From Camelus dromedarius (taxonomy: Eukaryota): DNA of 64,000 nucleotides. The stretch spans positions 97,962,001 to 98,026,000 of the forward strand of contig NC_087472.1 of NCBI RefSeq assembly GCF_036321535.1, read 5' to 3'. Below the pieces are notes generated by a model that searched no databases, was not told the origin of the DNA, and was given only the letters and a program-made list of their open reading frames with translations. How positions within the stretch are numbered: the first letter of the stretch is position 1; every line of letters begins with the position of its first letter. Positions 26,304-38,320 of the stretch are shown in pieces. Position numbers and translations under genes: made by a program.

Positions 26304-27740
26304 TCATTATTCATGGGATCTATATCTTGTCTGATATGAATGATATGATCCAGAAAAGGGGGCTAGGGAAGGTGGACCTTGCACTGGTGGAGGAGGTTAT
26401 AAGAGTCTTTTTGATATAAGCCTCATACCAGGATTTGTTCTATCCAGTTGTGTAAACAGAGGGCTCTGAGTTTCTGGTTCTTCAGTGAATTGGGCTAAAG
26501 AGTTCAGATGATGACAGTTACAGGGGAATTCACTTACAGGTATACCACCATCATGAGACAAAGGAGATCCCAGAGGAGGAGGATTCCTATAAGGTGGTAT
26601 GTGGGCAGTAACACACCCAGGTGATGGATCAGAAGTCATGGGTGGAGGTGGTACTTGACTACAAACCAACTGAGGAGTACCTGAATACTGGAGAAAATAT
26701 GACAATGGATGGCGTCCTGGTGGTGGAGGAGATGGGGGTCGTGCACGTTCTTCTGGAGGCATACTATATGCAATTCCACTGGCTGACTGTGATATTCAGG
26801 ATGATGGTGAGCAGGTGCTGGGGCAGGAGGTGATAGTTCTTTGACACCAGAATGTGAGTCACCCTGAACAGGGAGGATTATTAAATTGCTGTGATCTCCT
26901 CTTGAAATTCTTAACGGTTTCCTGATGGATCAAAGGAGGTGGGGGTGGCGACAATTTTGCTAGAGGACCATGAAGATCCTCGTGTGGCTGATGACTGTGC
27001 TTGTGTGACACACGTTGCACAGGAGGTGGTGACATAATGGTGTACAGCTCTGATGGAAAATGGCTCACGTGGTCCTTATCTAGCAGCATTTCACGGATTT
27101 CCGTTGTTGGTGAAGCAATAGGAGGGTGAACTCTTTTAAGCAGAGCACGGGTGACAAAATTTTTTTTAGCTCTCTTATGGCAGTAGTTGATATGAGCTCT
27201 TAAGTCTCTTTGAGACAAGTAAGTTTTCCTGCATTTTTGGACAGTGCTACACATGAAGACAGAACCTCACATGTGCTCCTCAATTTGCAGCATAGGAATA
27301 CCACAGTCTGGACATATCTTATCTCCTTTTTGGGGGGTATAAACTATCACAGTCATAGCAAAACGCATGCTTGCATAGAATTATATGCCCATTGATTTTA
27401 AAAGGCATAACAGGCATATCACATTTGTCACAGAAATGAACTAGTAAATCATCCTTTTCACCTATGATGGTTATCTTAAAGTCCTCCCAAATGCATTCAG
27501 GAAATGTTCTTTCTTCCCAAGAGTTCACCTCCTCTACAACCTTACTGCTCTCCTCTATTACATTCAAATTCTTCACCAGTGGGCATCCCATTCATAGTCC
27601 TTGGAATTTGAGACACAGATTTGATTTTGCTCACCTGCTTGGAAATGAGCTTTAAAGGAACTCGTATTCAACATCAAGGCCACCATACGATCCAGAACTC
27701 TCGGTCTGTGTAACTCACTGTCAGCGTCAGCTGGATCCAT
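26304..27740 (-). pseudogene. CBLL2: Disabled intronless CBLL1/Hakai retrocopy, orthologue of CBLL2 (ZNF645): RING finger, C2H2/HYB region and Pro-rich tail
   Basis: ORF fragments give IIGEKDDLLVHFCDKCD..CKHAFCYDC, CPDC, MCSTVQKCRKTYLSQRDLRAHI and NSLAQFTEEPETQSPLFTQ, with no introns. In-frame stops at 27542-27544, 27267-27269 and 26397-26399, plus several frameshifts. It lies downstream of PHEX on the same strand, like human CBLL2. Confidence 0.9.
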
Positions 27741-27785
27741 GTCTGGCTGTTCAGCTAGGAAGCCACCAGGGAGCAAAGTCACACT

Positions 27786-27830
27786 CCGCATGCGCAGCAC
27801 AGCCTCCCCACGCCCCAGAGAAGGAAGTTC
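27786..27830 (-). promoter_or_regulatory. Candidate promoter motif cluster upstream of the CBLL2 retrocopy (NRF1-like, SP/KLF GC box, ETS core)
   Basis: tgcgcatgcgg at 27786-27796 (minus strand), ccacgcccc at ~27808-27816 and ggaagt at ~27823-27828, all within 90 bp of the ancestral ATG. Confidence 0.45.
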
Positions 27831-28946
27831 GGTCAGATCCCTCCCCTGTGTCTGTAGCTTTGAACTTCGAGGGGTTCTTTCTCCTTTTCCCAGCCAATCT
27901 CACTACTCTGGTGAAGGAGTCAGGCATAGTTTGGACAGGGGGAGAAACAGCTTCAGGGGTCGCCAAGGCTGCTCTTCGTGTGCCATGTAGAAATGTGGAA
28001 ATGTGGGAAAAGCGACTGATGGGAATGGGGGTGGGGAACACAGCAGCAGTCAAAAGAATAAGCTCCCAGCAGACTCCACAGAGCGCTGCCTTCTGGAACT
28101 GCCTTATTTATTTTTATCTTATTGCACTTTTGTTAATGGCCTTAAATCCCTCATGGGGGTGTCTGTGTGTGTGCACATATGTATGTATATAGACATACAT
28201 ACATAGACACCTTTAAGATTTGGTCATGCTACAGTGAATATAAAATTGCCCTAGGTGGAGGGGAGCACTGTATTTATCTTATCAAGGAAGAATCATGTAA
28301 GAAGTAGTGAACATGGTAATTTCACAGTGCTAGACATTTGCTGCTCTTGCTTAAAAAATGATTATGGGTATTTAAGCCAAATTTCCCAGGTCTCACCTTC
28401 CTGCAAGTAGAAACTGGACCACAAAAACAACAACAAACCATACATACTTGGCTTTACCCCACCCATAATTGTCACTCCTCTACACCTTAGGGGTCTCTCC
28501 TGAATGTGTAGACATTCACCCTTTTGGCTATGTCAACTGTCAAGTCTCTCCAAAAAACACTAGGGAAAAAAACAATGATCAAGGAAAGCAAAGTTTTCTA
28601 GACTTGCTGCAGCATAGGAGAACACTAATACAGTCTAAAGAGTATCTCAGAAGGGGGATATTAGGGACTGGTCTGGGTGATTTTAGGGCAAGAGAAATGG
28701 GTAGATCTTAGAGCATGACAGCTAAAGATCAGCAGGCACAGAGAGTTGAGAATACTGAAGCAAGTATTAATGGGGAATATGTTATTCTTGTTAAGTAAAC
28801 TCTTTTAGTTGGCTCACAATTTTATCTTTCAGGAAAAAGTACTTCCTGGAACAAGTAGCTAAGTTTGCTTATTCTCAGAAGTTTTTAACATAGGTACAGA
28901 AAATTATCCCCTGTCCAATTACTGTTTTACATGGTGACAGGGAATT

Positions 28947-29126
28947 ATGTTGGTTTCTTCTAGTCTGGTCTGTCTTGTTTGGGCGTTGATTCTTGGATAC
29001 GCCAATGGTGAAAACACAACAATGCCCACAGAGCCACCAACGGCACCAGTGCCCACTAATGCCAAAGTCCCTGCTGCCCCAATAAAGAAACAATACTCAC
29101 TGAAGGTGCTGCAAAGTCCAAGATGA
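28947..29126 (+). CDS. Putative 59-aa small secreted or mucin-like ORF, MLVSSSLVCLVWALILGYANGENTTMPTEPPTAPVPTNAKVPAAPIKKQYSLKVLQSPR (unverified)
   Basis: Manual translation. A at the Kozak -3 position, hydrophobic core, A-N-G cleavage-like site, NTT sequon, P/T/A-rich tail, TGA TAA double stop. No homologue recognised. Confidence 0.25.
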   Translation: MLVSSSLVCLVWALILGYANGENTTMPTEPPTAPVPTNAKVPAAPIKKQYSLKVLQSPR

Positions 29127-29327
29127 TAAATGGATTTCCCATTTCCTTCTCCTCTTTTCAGTCCCTCTATTACATGGCTACAAAGCACTTCAGATTAACA
29201 CTCACCAGTGTGTTAAACAGATTTTTCTGAAACTGCCCTTTAAGTTTTTACTTGCTCATTATTGCCTTGTGAGGCAGTGCTAGCTCATGGCAGCTGGTTT
29301 AAACTTGAATATAAATTGGGAGTTTGA

Positions 29328-30147
29328 TTCCACATATGAGCAATCTCATATGGTATTTCTCTTTCTCTTTCTGGCTTACTTCACTTAGAATGACATTCTC
29401 CAGGGACATCCATGTTGCTGCAAATGGCGTTATGTTGTCAGTTTTTATGGCTGAGTAGTATTCCCTTGTATAAATATACGACCACTTCTTTATCCAGTCA
29501 TCTGTTGATGGACATTTAGGCTGTTTTCATGTCTTGGCTATTGTAGATAGTGCTGCTATGAACATTGGGGTGCAGGTGTGTTTTTGAAGTAGGGTTCCTT
29601 CTGGACATATGCCCAGGAGCAGGATTCCTGGGTCATATGGTAAGTCTACTCCTAGTCTTTTGAGGAATCTCCATACTGTTTTCCACAGTGGCGGCACCAA
29701 ACTGCATTCCCACCAGCAGAGTAGGAGGGTTCCCCGTTCTCCACAGCCTCTCCAGCATTTGTCATTTATGGACTTTTGAATGATGGCCATTCTGACTGGT
29801 GAGGTGACTGGTATCATCTCATTGTAGTTTTGAAAAAAAATGAACATAAATACAAAACAGAAACAGACTCATAGACATAGAATACAAACTTGTGGTTGCC
29901 AAGGGGGCGGGGGGTGAGAAGGGACAGACTGGGATTTCAAAATGTAGAACAGATAAACAAGATTATACTGTATAGTACAGGGAAATATATACAAGATCTT
30001 GTGGTAGCTCACAGAGAAAAAAAAATTGTGACAATGAATATATGTATGTTCATGTGTAACTGAAAAATTGTGCTCTACACTGGAATTTGACACAACATTG
30101 TAAAATGACTATAACTTAAAAATGTTTTTAAAAAAGAGAAGAAAAAA
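29328..30147 (+). mobile_element. Young L1 with 5' inversion (twin priming)
   Basis: ORF2 end on the minus strand at ~29328-29832, and 3'UTR plus A tail on the plus strand at ~29833-30147. Perfect 17-bp TSD ataaattgggagtttga at 29311-29327 and 30148-30164. Confidence 0.92.
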
Positions 30148-30325
30148 ATAAATTGGGAGTTTGAGATTTGCAGATACTAACTATGATATATAAAATAGAT
30201 AAACAAGTTTCTTCTATAGAGCAGAGGGAACTATATGCAATACCTTGTAGTAACCTATAATGAAAAAGAATACAAAAACAAAATTGACACAACATTGTAA
30301 ACTGACTTCAATTAAAAAAATAAAA
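30148..30325 (+). mobile_element. Older short L1 3'-end fragment interrupted at its 5' end by the inverted L1
   Basis: L1 3'UTR motifs. Its own TSD taaactt(g/a)aatata at 29300-29313 and 30326-30339. Confidence 0.8.
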
Positions 30326-32088
30326 TAAACTTAAATATACAGTGCTACTCACTTGACACCCTCCCCTAGTTCAACCTTTTCAGTATTCCAGCAATGCTAT
30401 CTTCTCTTAGGATTCATTCACTCCCAGGAGGCAATTTCATTCCTCAAGCAAAAAAAATTCCTTATGGGTCCATCTCCTGGAGTCTCCAAATATACCTAAC
30501 TTGCCTGAACACTAAGGCCAGTACACTTTATTCTCTCAAACCAACTCTCTCAAATTAAATCTTGTTGATTTAAATTTTAGATAATTTGAAATTTCATTGG
30601 CTTTTTTTTTTAAAGTACTTTTTAATAAGCCAAAGTGGTTCTTACAAAGCCATGAATGTTCTGCCCCTATTATAAACAGAATTCTAAGTAAAACCTAAAA
30701 CTTACAGCTTTAAAGCCTGTGCAAATGTTCCTGTTTTACAATTACAATTACTTGTTTCTAGGCTCTTTATGAAGGTTCAGGTTTTTTTTTTTTTAGTGAT
30801 ATGCTTATAATTCAAAAACAATGAATACAAAGGGGGGAAAAGTCTGTCAAATAAAATGTCCATGACTTATTTTCTCTTTTTTCCTGGAACCAGTGTTTTT
30901 CTGTCTAAACTGAGACATTTCTCATATGACAGAACGTTGTCCTTACACATGACCCTGAGTGAAAAAAAGCCAGCTCTCTTTCTTAGTTGGCTAAATTTGC
31001 TTATGTTGCTCATTGGGTCTTCTTCAAATTATTTTAGAAATAAATTCTGAGTTTAGCTTTTGAGTCATGAAAGCATGCTTTACTATAGACAAGCCATGCT
31101 AACTTCGAGACACCCCCCACCCAGGAGCTGTTCTGGTTCAGCCGTACCAACAGCTCTGCTTGGAGTGTTTGCTGGTTTTTAGCTGAGAAGCCTGACCTGA
31201 AAGGCCTTAATAAATTTTCTTTTGGTGAAATTGTTGATAAGATAAAGCGTATTGGCCTTCCATTTATCCCCATCAGATTTAAGAAGCTATCTTGCCTCAC
31301 TAGAAAAGCTGCCTTTACAAACTTATCATTATTTAGTACCTTTAAACAAAACATTAAATGGGCTTCCATTCAGCCACCTCCTTCAGGGCAAGGAGACTCT
31401 GTCCTACAAACTAATTTCTCTTACAAGTTGCTAGACTTACATTCCACTGACGAAAGAGAGATTTGGTGTCTGTCCACCTGTAACAACGACTGGATATAAA
31501 AAGGTTTGGGTTTGGAGACAAAAAAGAAAATTGGATCTTTTGAAATTGCTTTGATTCATGTAGGCCCGTTAGAATTCAGTTGCCTCCAAAGAAATCTCAA
31601 TAGCACTGATGATGAAGAATTATGGACTGCACAATGAAGGAGGATCAATGTGCACAATTAATGCTAGGAAGCAGGTTGAGACATCTCGGTCTAAGCCACA
31701 TGCCATCTGGCCCATGAGCAGTCATTCTACCAGAGTGACACCAAAGGTCGGCAGGAGTGAGAGCCGTATGTCCCGCTGCCAGGCTCCTGGATTTTATTTC
31801 TCATTTAAGGGAATCTGATCTGTCATTCCTCTGGCTCCCGTGGGCTTTAAATTCACATAATCAACATATCACTGCTAGAGACTTTGGAATAGCTGAGGCA
31901 GTTTAAAGGTGAGTGGAGAATAATCATGTTCCCAAGCTGGATGCCTTCAGTTCTGCAAAGAAATAAAAATTTCATCTTGGGTTCCAAAAAGTAAGGCAAA
32001 TTGCCCAGTGTGAAAAAGACCTCAGCTCTCCTTCAACATATCTATTTTTTACATCCTGGGAGGGCTGGCCATTTGCAAAAGCTTAGAG

Positions 32089-33465
32089 CAGTGCTTCTCA
32101 AAATGTGGTCCACAGATCCCTAGGGATTCTCCAGGCCCTTTCTGAGGGTTCTGGGGGTCAAAACCATTTCCATAATAGTTCTAAGAAGTTACTTGCCTTT
32201 TCCACCATTTGACATTTGTGATGATGATGCAAAATCAATGGTGGATAAAACTGCTGGCTGCTTAGCACCAATCAAGGCAGTGGTACCAAACTATTCTAGT
32301 AGTCACTGGATCTTTTTACTGCCACGCAGTAAAGAGAAAATGTGTTTCACTTAAGAATGTACCTGATGAAGTTCTTAAAAATACTAATTTTATTAAATCT
32401 CAACCCTTGAGTACACATTTTTTTCATATTTTTTGTGACAAAATGGAAAAAAGTATATATAAAGCACTTTGGGGGCATACCGGTGTGATGCTGTCTCAAG
32501 GAAAAGTATGTATACCATCATTTGAGTTGGAAGGTGAACTCTGCTTTTTTTTGTGGAACATTATTTTCACTTGAAAGAACAACTGACAAGCTATGGGTAT
32601 TCAAACTTGGGTATCTGGCAGACATTTTCTCAAAAATGAACAAAGTTAGCCAGTCACCTCAAGAAAAACAACTGACAGTATCTGTTTCCAATTACAAAAT
32701 TTAAGCTTTTGAATGAAAATTATTATTTTGAAAATCTTGTATCTGCCACCATGACCCTGGCAGCTTCCCAGTACTAAAAGCTTATCTGATGAGATCAGTG
32801 GTAATTAATAATGAATGTAGTTTTTGAAACTGTATAATGAAATATGTCAACACTTGGAAATTCTGCATAACTCAGTGAATCAATATTTTCCAAATGACCA
32901 ATGGTTGATGTTACACAATTATGCATGATTAAAAGGCCCATTTAAAATCAAGACAGCAGTGGATTTGAGTGTAACAGAGTATGAAAGCCTCACTGATATG
33001 TTTCAGATTCCATATTGCAACTAACCTTTAAGAAACTAATACTTGCTGAGTTTGGTTTAGTTTCCAAGAAGAATATCCACAATTACCTGAAAGGCTATCC
33101 TAATACTCCTCTCTTTTCCAACAATATATCTGTATGAACCTGGATTTTCTTCCTAAGTTTCACCAAAACCAAACATCCCAGAAGACTGAACTCAGAAGAA
33201 GATATGAGAACACAGTTGTCTTCTGTTAACCTAGACATTAAAAAGATTTGCAAAAATTTAAAATAGTGCCACTCTTTTTTCTTTTGTAAAATATATTTCT
33301 CATAAAAATGTGTAATTTATGTTAATATGTAATGGCTTGTTATTTTTTTAATGAAATAATAAATATTTTAAAGTTTCTTGATCTACTTCACATAAACAAA
33401 AGCTCTTTTGAGTCCTCACAACAGAGGTAGAAGAGTCATGCGAGTGAAATGTCTAAGAGCTGCTA
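32089..33465 (+). mobile_element. hAT-Charlie (Charlie1-like) DNA transposon remnant
   Basis: Starts cagtgcttctcaaaatgtggtcc. Transposase-like fragment LGYLADIFSKMNKVSQSPQEK in ORF 32522..32704. Confidence 0.8.
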
Positions 33466-36400
33466 CAGCTGATCTTTAATGCTCTGTCACCTTCCCTCTC
33501 AGAGACACTGCCTTCCCCACATTCATTGCCCCAAACTCTGTTTCATCCAAATCAAATTGCCCAGAAGGTCCCAGACCGTCCCTATTTTCAAAATTAGCTG
33601 ATGGTGGCATGGAGAAGGGAAAGAAAAGATCAAGGTCACTTATACACTAAGCAGTGTGCCATGCACCTAATGTATGGTCTCTCATTTAATCCTCACAACA
33701 GCCCTATCAGATAACAATAATAATAATGATATATCCAAATAATGAGGCAGCAGGACCCATGGGGAGCCAACGCTACTGCAAAGGTCAGCAAAGCCCATGC
33801 CCCTAAGAATTACTTAGAGCACAAATAAAGACAAACGTTTTACAAATACCACACCACTTGTTTTCAAATACATGTGCATGTTGCTATACTTAAATAAAAC
33901 TTCACTGTAAAGCATTATCAAATTCACAAAAGTTCTATTATCACTATATTTTTTTTAATTTCAATCAATGAATCACAACAAATAAATCCCACAAATGTGG
34001 GAGATGAAAAGTTTTTGACAATGAAAAGGGAACAAAGGGATCTTTATCTTTGAAAAAAACTGAGAAACACTGCAATGTAGTAGCGTAACTACACTGAATC
34101 CACAGCAAAATCAGAACCTTTGGGACAATGCTAAGCTGTTTAGAGTAATATCCTTCCCAAGAAAAGCCCACTTTTGCCATCAAAGTATTTAAAACTCAAG
34201 ACAGGGGAGTCAATACACACATATGAAAGCCAACCAACGGCCCAGGATAGTACAGAGTTGGGTTAGGGACACAGACATGAAGTGCTATAAGAATTCGAGG
34301 GATGTAGAGAATTTCTGGTCAAGATGGTACTGGATGAACTAAGACTAGATCTGCATCTTTAAAGACAGAATTTAAATAGGCAGAGAAGATAGTGACTAGC
34401 CTTCCAAGTCAAGGGAATCATGTGGACAAAGATGTGGAAAGTAGATGTGTTCAAGGCCATTATGCTTCTCTCATATAAGGAAGTAATGAGAGATACAGTT
34501 GGGAAAGGCAGTTCAGGGACAAATGTTGAAGGATTTGGATGGACTAATGAGGAGTATAAACTTACCCCTCCAGGCAAGTCAAAATCATTGAAGAAAGATA
34601 TAAAAGAAAGCGAGCAGAGCGTACTACAGACTGGCAAACTGGGACAGGAATCAGAACGTCCTATGAGGAAGCAATTTATAGCTCAGGACTGAGATTGTGC
34701 AGGTCTGGGTGAGAAATAGAAGCCAAAAGAAATGAGCATGTGGGAGACACCAAGAGGCCACGGTTGGTGACTAACTTAATGGGAGCAGGCAACCAAGGAG
34801 GGAAAGGGAGATGACTCCCAAGTTATTAAGCCCAAAAGACTATCACATGATCCAATCAGGAAGGAATCCTTCGGCCTGGGGCACATTTGCTTACTCAATA
34901 CCCTGTAAGTTTGGCCCTGGTCCACCAGAGGCTATGAGACCTATATTTAAGTGACATGGAGGAATTTTGTCTGGGCCTAAAAAGGTTATTGGAGCAGTAT
35001 CCTGAACTCACTACTCATCAATGGTTCAGCTGTTTGGGGGCTGCCTGCCTTCCTCTACTCCATGGCAGTTAGCCTTGAATTTTAAGGCTGCAGGTGTCCA
35101 CTCACTACCCCAGCCCACGTCCAGGCTGCTCCAATTCTGCTGGATTCTCCCTGGGCTTTTGGACCAGCAATCCCTTTGGACTTGGCTTTGTTTCTTTAAG
35201 GATACTACCTTGGATTGAGAGCCTTGATTCTGTACTGACATCTGGGCTCACTGACCCATGACTCAATTTTACTTGGCTTTACTCCATAGCTGTGGCTACC
35301 AGGCACCTGCCTTGACTCTCTGTTGCTCTCCCAGATCCTGTTAAACTCTCCCTTTTCCCCATCAATTGGAGAGAAGATCAACTGGGCTTTTCGTATAGTA
35401 CTAGGTCCAGTTCTGAAAAGTGCCTGGCAACAGTTAAAAGGAAAGGGATCATAGACATGAAAAGGAGAAGGACAAAGGAAAAGCTAAAGATGAACATTTT
35501 CCGTATGGCGAAGGGGAAGGAGGGTGACATGATGATGAGATCATCGTCCTCAGGTACAGAAAGGGCTCTGTTGGAGAAAGTCCTCCCATCCGGCCAAGGG
35601 CAGACCAAGGGCTTAGTTACAGCTCAGGGGATTTACGGAAGATAAAAGAATTCCCTGGACAAATGTGAAAATGGGTTTCAGAGGGGTTTTATGTAATTAC
35701 CTTCACAGGGGATGGCTAAGAATAGCACAGCTTCTCTGGCAGCCGGGAGGTGAAGAGGTGTTATGTGGACAAGCAGAAGGTGAACTTAGGTCTTTTCCTG
35801 CCGCCCCTTCCATAACTTCTGCTCTTCTTAAGAGCTCTGAACCCTTCTCCGGAGCAAAGGCTCTTGGCCAATTCTTGATATTTTTAGAATAAAATCAGCT
35901 AGTAAAGCTGTTGCCCCAGTGGTCACCAGAGCACTGCAGTGGGGATAATTCCAAAAGTCACAGAAGCAGTTTCTGACTAAATGATACTGTAGGCAGACTA
36001 AGAATTATTTCTTTAACTGAAAGGTTGCATGGCTGGTTTTTAATTAGAATGGATTAATACAGTGTTCCCATTTATAAAAACTTAAATTGAAAGGAAGGAG
36101 ATGCAATGAGGTAATTAAAGTAAGGAAAATATCCTCCAGATCCTCTCCCACCCAAACATAGCCCTCAAAAAGAGAAGGAAAATTAAATAAAATTTTATGT
36201 TATTCTTTATATACTTAGGTAACTTCATGTACTTAGATAACCTCTGTATCTAACATCCCCAGGATATTACATAGCTGTAAGTTTCTAGTGTGTATATATG
36301 TGCACATGAATATATACACATGTGCATGGTTATTCGTACGTGCGGATACATACTTTTGTACCTATATCATCATATAAACACATGTGTGCATATTTTTGTT

Positions 36401-37479
36401 TACAATAGTATATGACAATGTATATAAATACCACTTCTATTTCCAGAACAGCATTAACACAGCGCTTCTCAGATTAATTACCATTTCCCTCTCAACTAAC
36501 TGGTTTGGCAAAATCAAAAACTTTACGTGCTAGTGCACAAGATGACCTACCTGACTCTCCACTGAAAAACTGTGAAATGTGCCATTACATTTCCATTCTC
36601 AGAAGCAATGGTAAGTAGTTGGTAAGCTTCCTCTTGTTTGTCACAGCAACATCCTTTGAATGTAACTGTAGAAAGGTATCAAAGGGGGAAAGAAAGACAT
36701 GAAGGCTATATATGTGCATATCAACTCCAAACCCACCAATGACAAAGTCCCATCAGAACAAGTCTGTCCCCTCAATAGCTCTCACATCTGTCCCCACCAC
36801 TCCATCCCATGCCACCAGCATGTCCTATCTCCACAACGGCCTCTTAACTGGCCCCCTCAGGCTTCTGTCTTATCCCTCTCCAAGTGCGCTCCACACCATC
36901 ACCAGCTTACTCTCCATTAAACAGAAATCTGATTGTGTCACTGGTTTGATTTCAGTTGTTCAGTGGCTCCCAGATGCCTACAGGATCAAGTCCAGACGCA
37001 GCAGCATAATTCTTCAAGGCTCTTCTCCCTCTGGCCTCTGCTAAATTAACTTGCTTAACACTAACCCCTCCTCAGCCACTCTTCAAGCTCCAGCTCTAGC
37101 GAGCCATTTCCAGCCCCTCCCAGCAGGTTTCCCCCACCACATCTGCATGCTTTCCAGCAGCCTGGCCTTTCTGCCTGGAACTCTCTGCTCTCTGCTTGCC
37201 CCTCCACAGCTGTCTCTGATGGATACTGCAAGACTCATGTCTGGCTTCATCTCTTCCAAGAGACCACACATCCAGTCCTGTCTCTTACATATATTCCTCT
37301 AACAGCTGCAGGATTAACCAAGAGCACCAGCAAAGCAACAGCTCAAAAAACAAGCACAGAAAAAACTTCCGAAAGACTCTGATATTTATTTCCCTCAAAA
37401 AGCATCAAAGTAGTTATCATGGCGGAAAAAAATCAGAACTTACGTGGACTTTGCTGTATTTATTTTACTGTTACTAAAA

Positions 37480-37491
37480 ATTTTTATAGTG

Positions 37492-37538
<47 letters not shown>

Positions 37539-38320
37539 AATTGTTAATGTAAATACCTCCCAGATCAAAAAACCTAATATCACCAGTAGCTCAAAAGCCC
37601 CCTTGTGGGACCTTCCAGTCACCGACCCTCCAAGGGCAACCATTCTCCAGACTTCTGATAGTAGAGTTTAGTTTTGCATACTTTTATGTTTCATATAAAT
37701 CCAGTCATAAAATGTGTTCTCTTTTGTGTTTGGTTTCTTTCATTTAATATCATGTTTGTGGTAAACATTCATATGTATGCAGCTGTGGTCTCTTCGTTGT
37801 TATTGTAGACTAATAGTCAAGTATTTACTTACTCTACTGTTGATGTGCATTTGGGTAGTTTCTAGTTTTGGACTATTACAAATAGTGCTTCCAAGAACAT
37901 CTTCTACATGTCTTCTGGCAAGCATATGTGTGCATTTCTGCTGGGTAAACATTAGGTTGAAAAATATGAAACTGCCAATATTCAACTATTTTCGACTTAC
38001 TAAGATGGCAACTGATACCTAGAGGTGGAATTGCTGGGTCATAGGTTACACGTAGATTTAGCTTTAGAAAATACTGGCCTACTAGTTTTCTAAAGTGGCC
38101 ATAACAATTTATAATCACACCAGCAGTATATGAGAGTTCTGCTGTTCTAAGTCCTTTTGTATTTTAGCCATTCTGCAGGGAGGGATGTATAAATAAATCA
38201 CACTACGGTTTTCATGATTAGCGAAGTTAAGCACCTTTTCACATATTTGTTGGCAATTCACATATCCTCTTTGGTGAACAAGTTCAAGTCATCTGCCCAA
38301 TTTCCTACTGAGTTGTCTGT
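37480..38320 (-). mobile_element. Ancient L1ME-like 3' fragment
   Basis: gatacctagaggtggaattgctgggtcatagg and catttgggtagtttctagttttggactatta are antisense L1 3' signatures. Confidence 0.75.
37493..37538. repeat. (TA)n(CA)n compound microsatellite
   Basis: Directly visible. Confidence 0.9.

Noticed and set aside
28919..29188. 89-aa minus-strand ORF with a Gly-rich hydrophobic stretch
   Set aside because: It starts at a non-ATG codon and is best explained as the antisense mirror of the Pro/Thr-rich plus-strand ORF. No homologue recognised.
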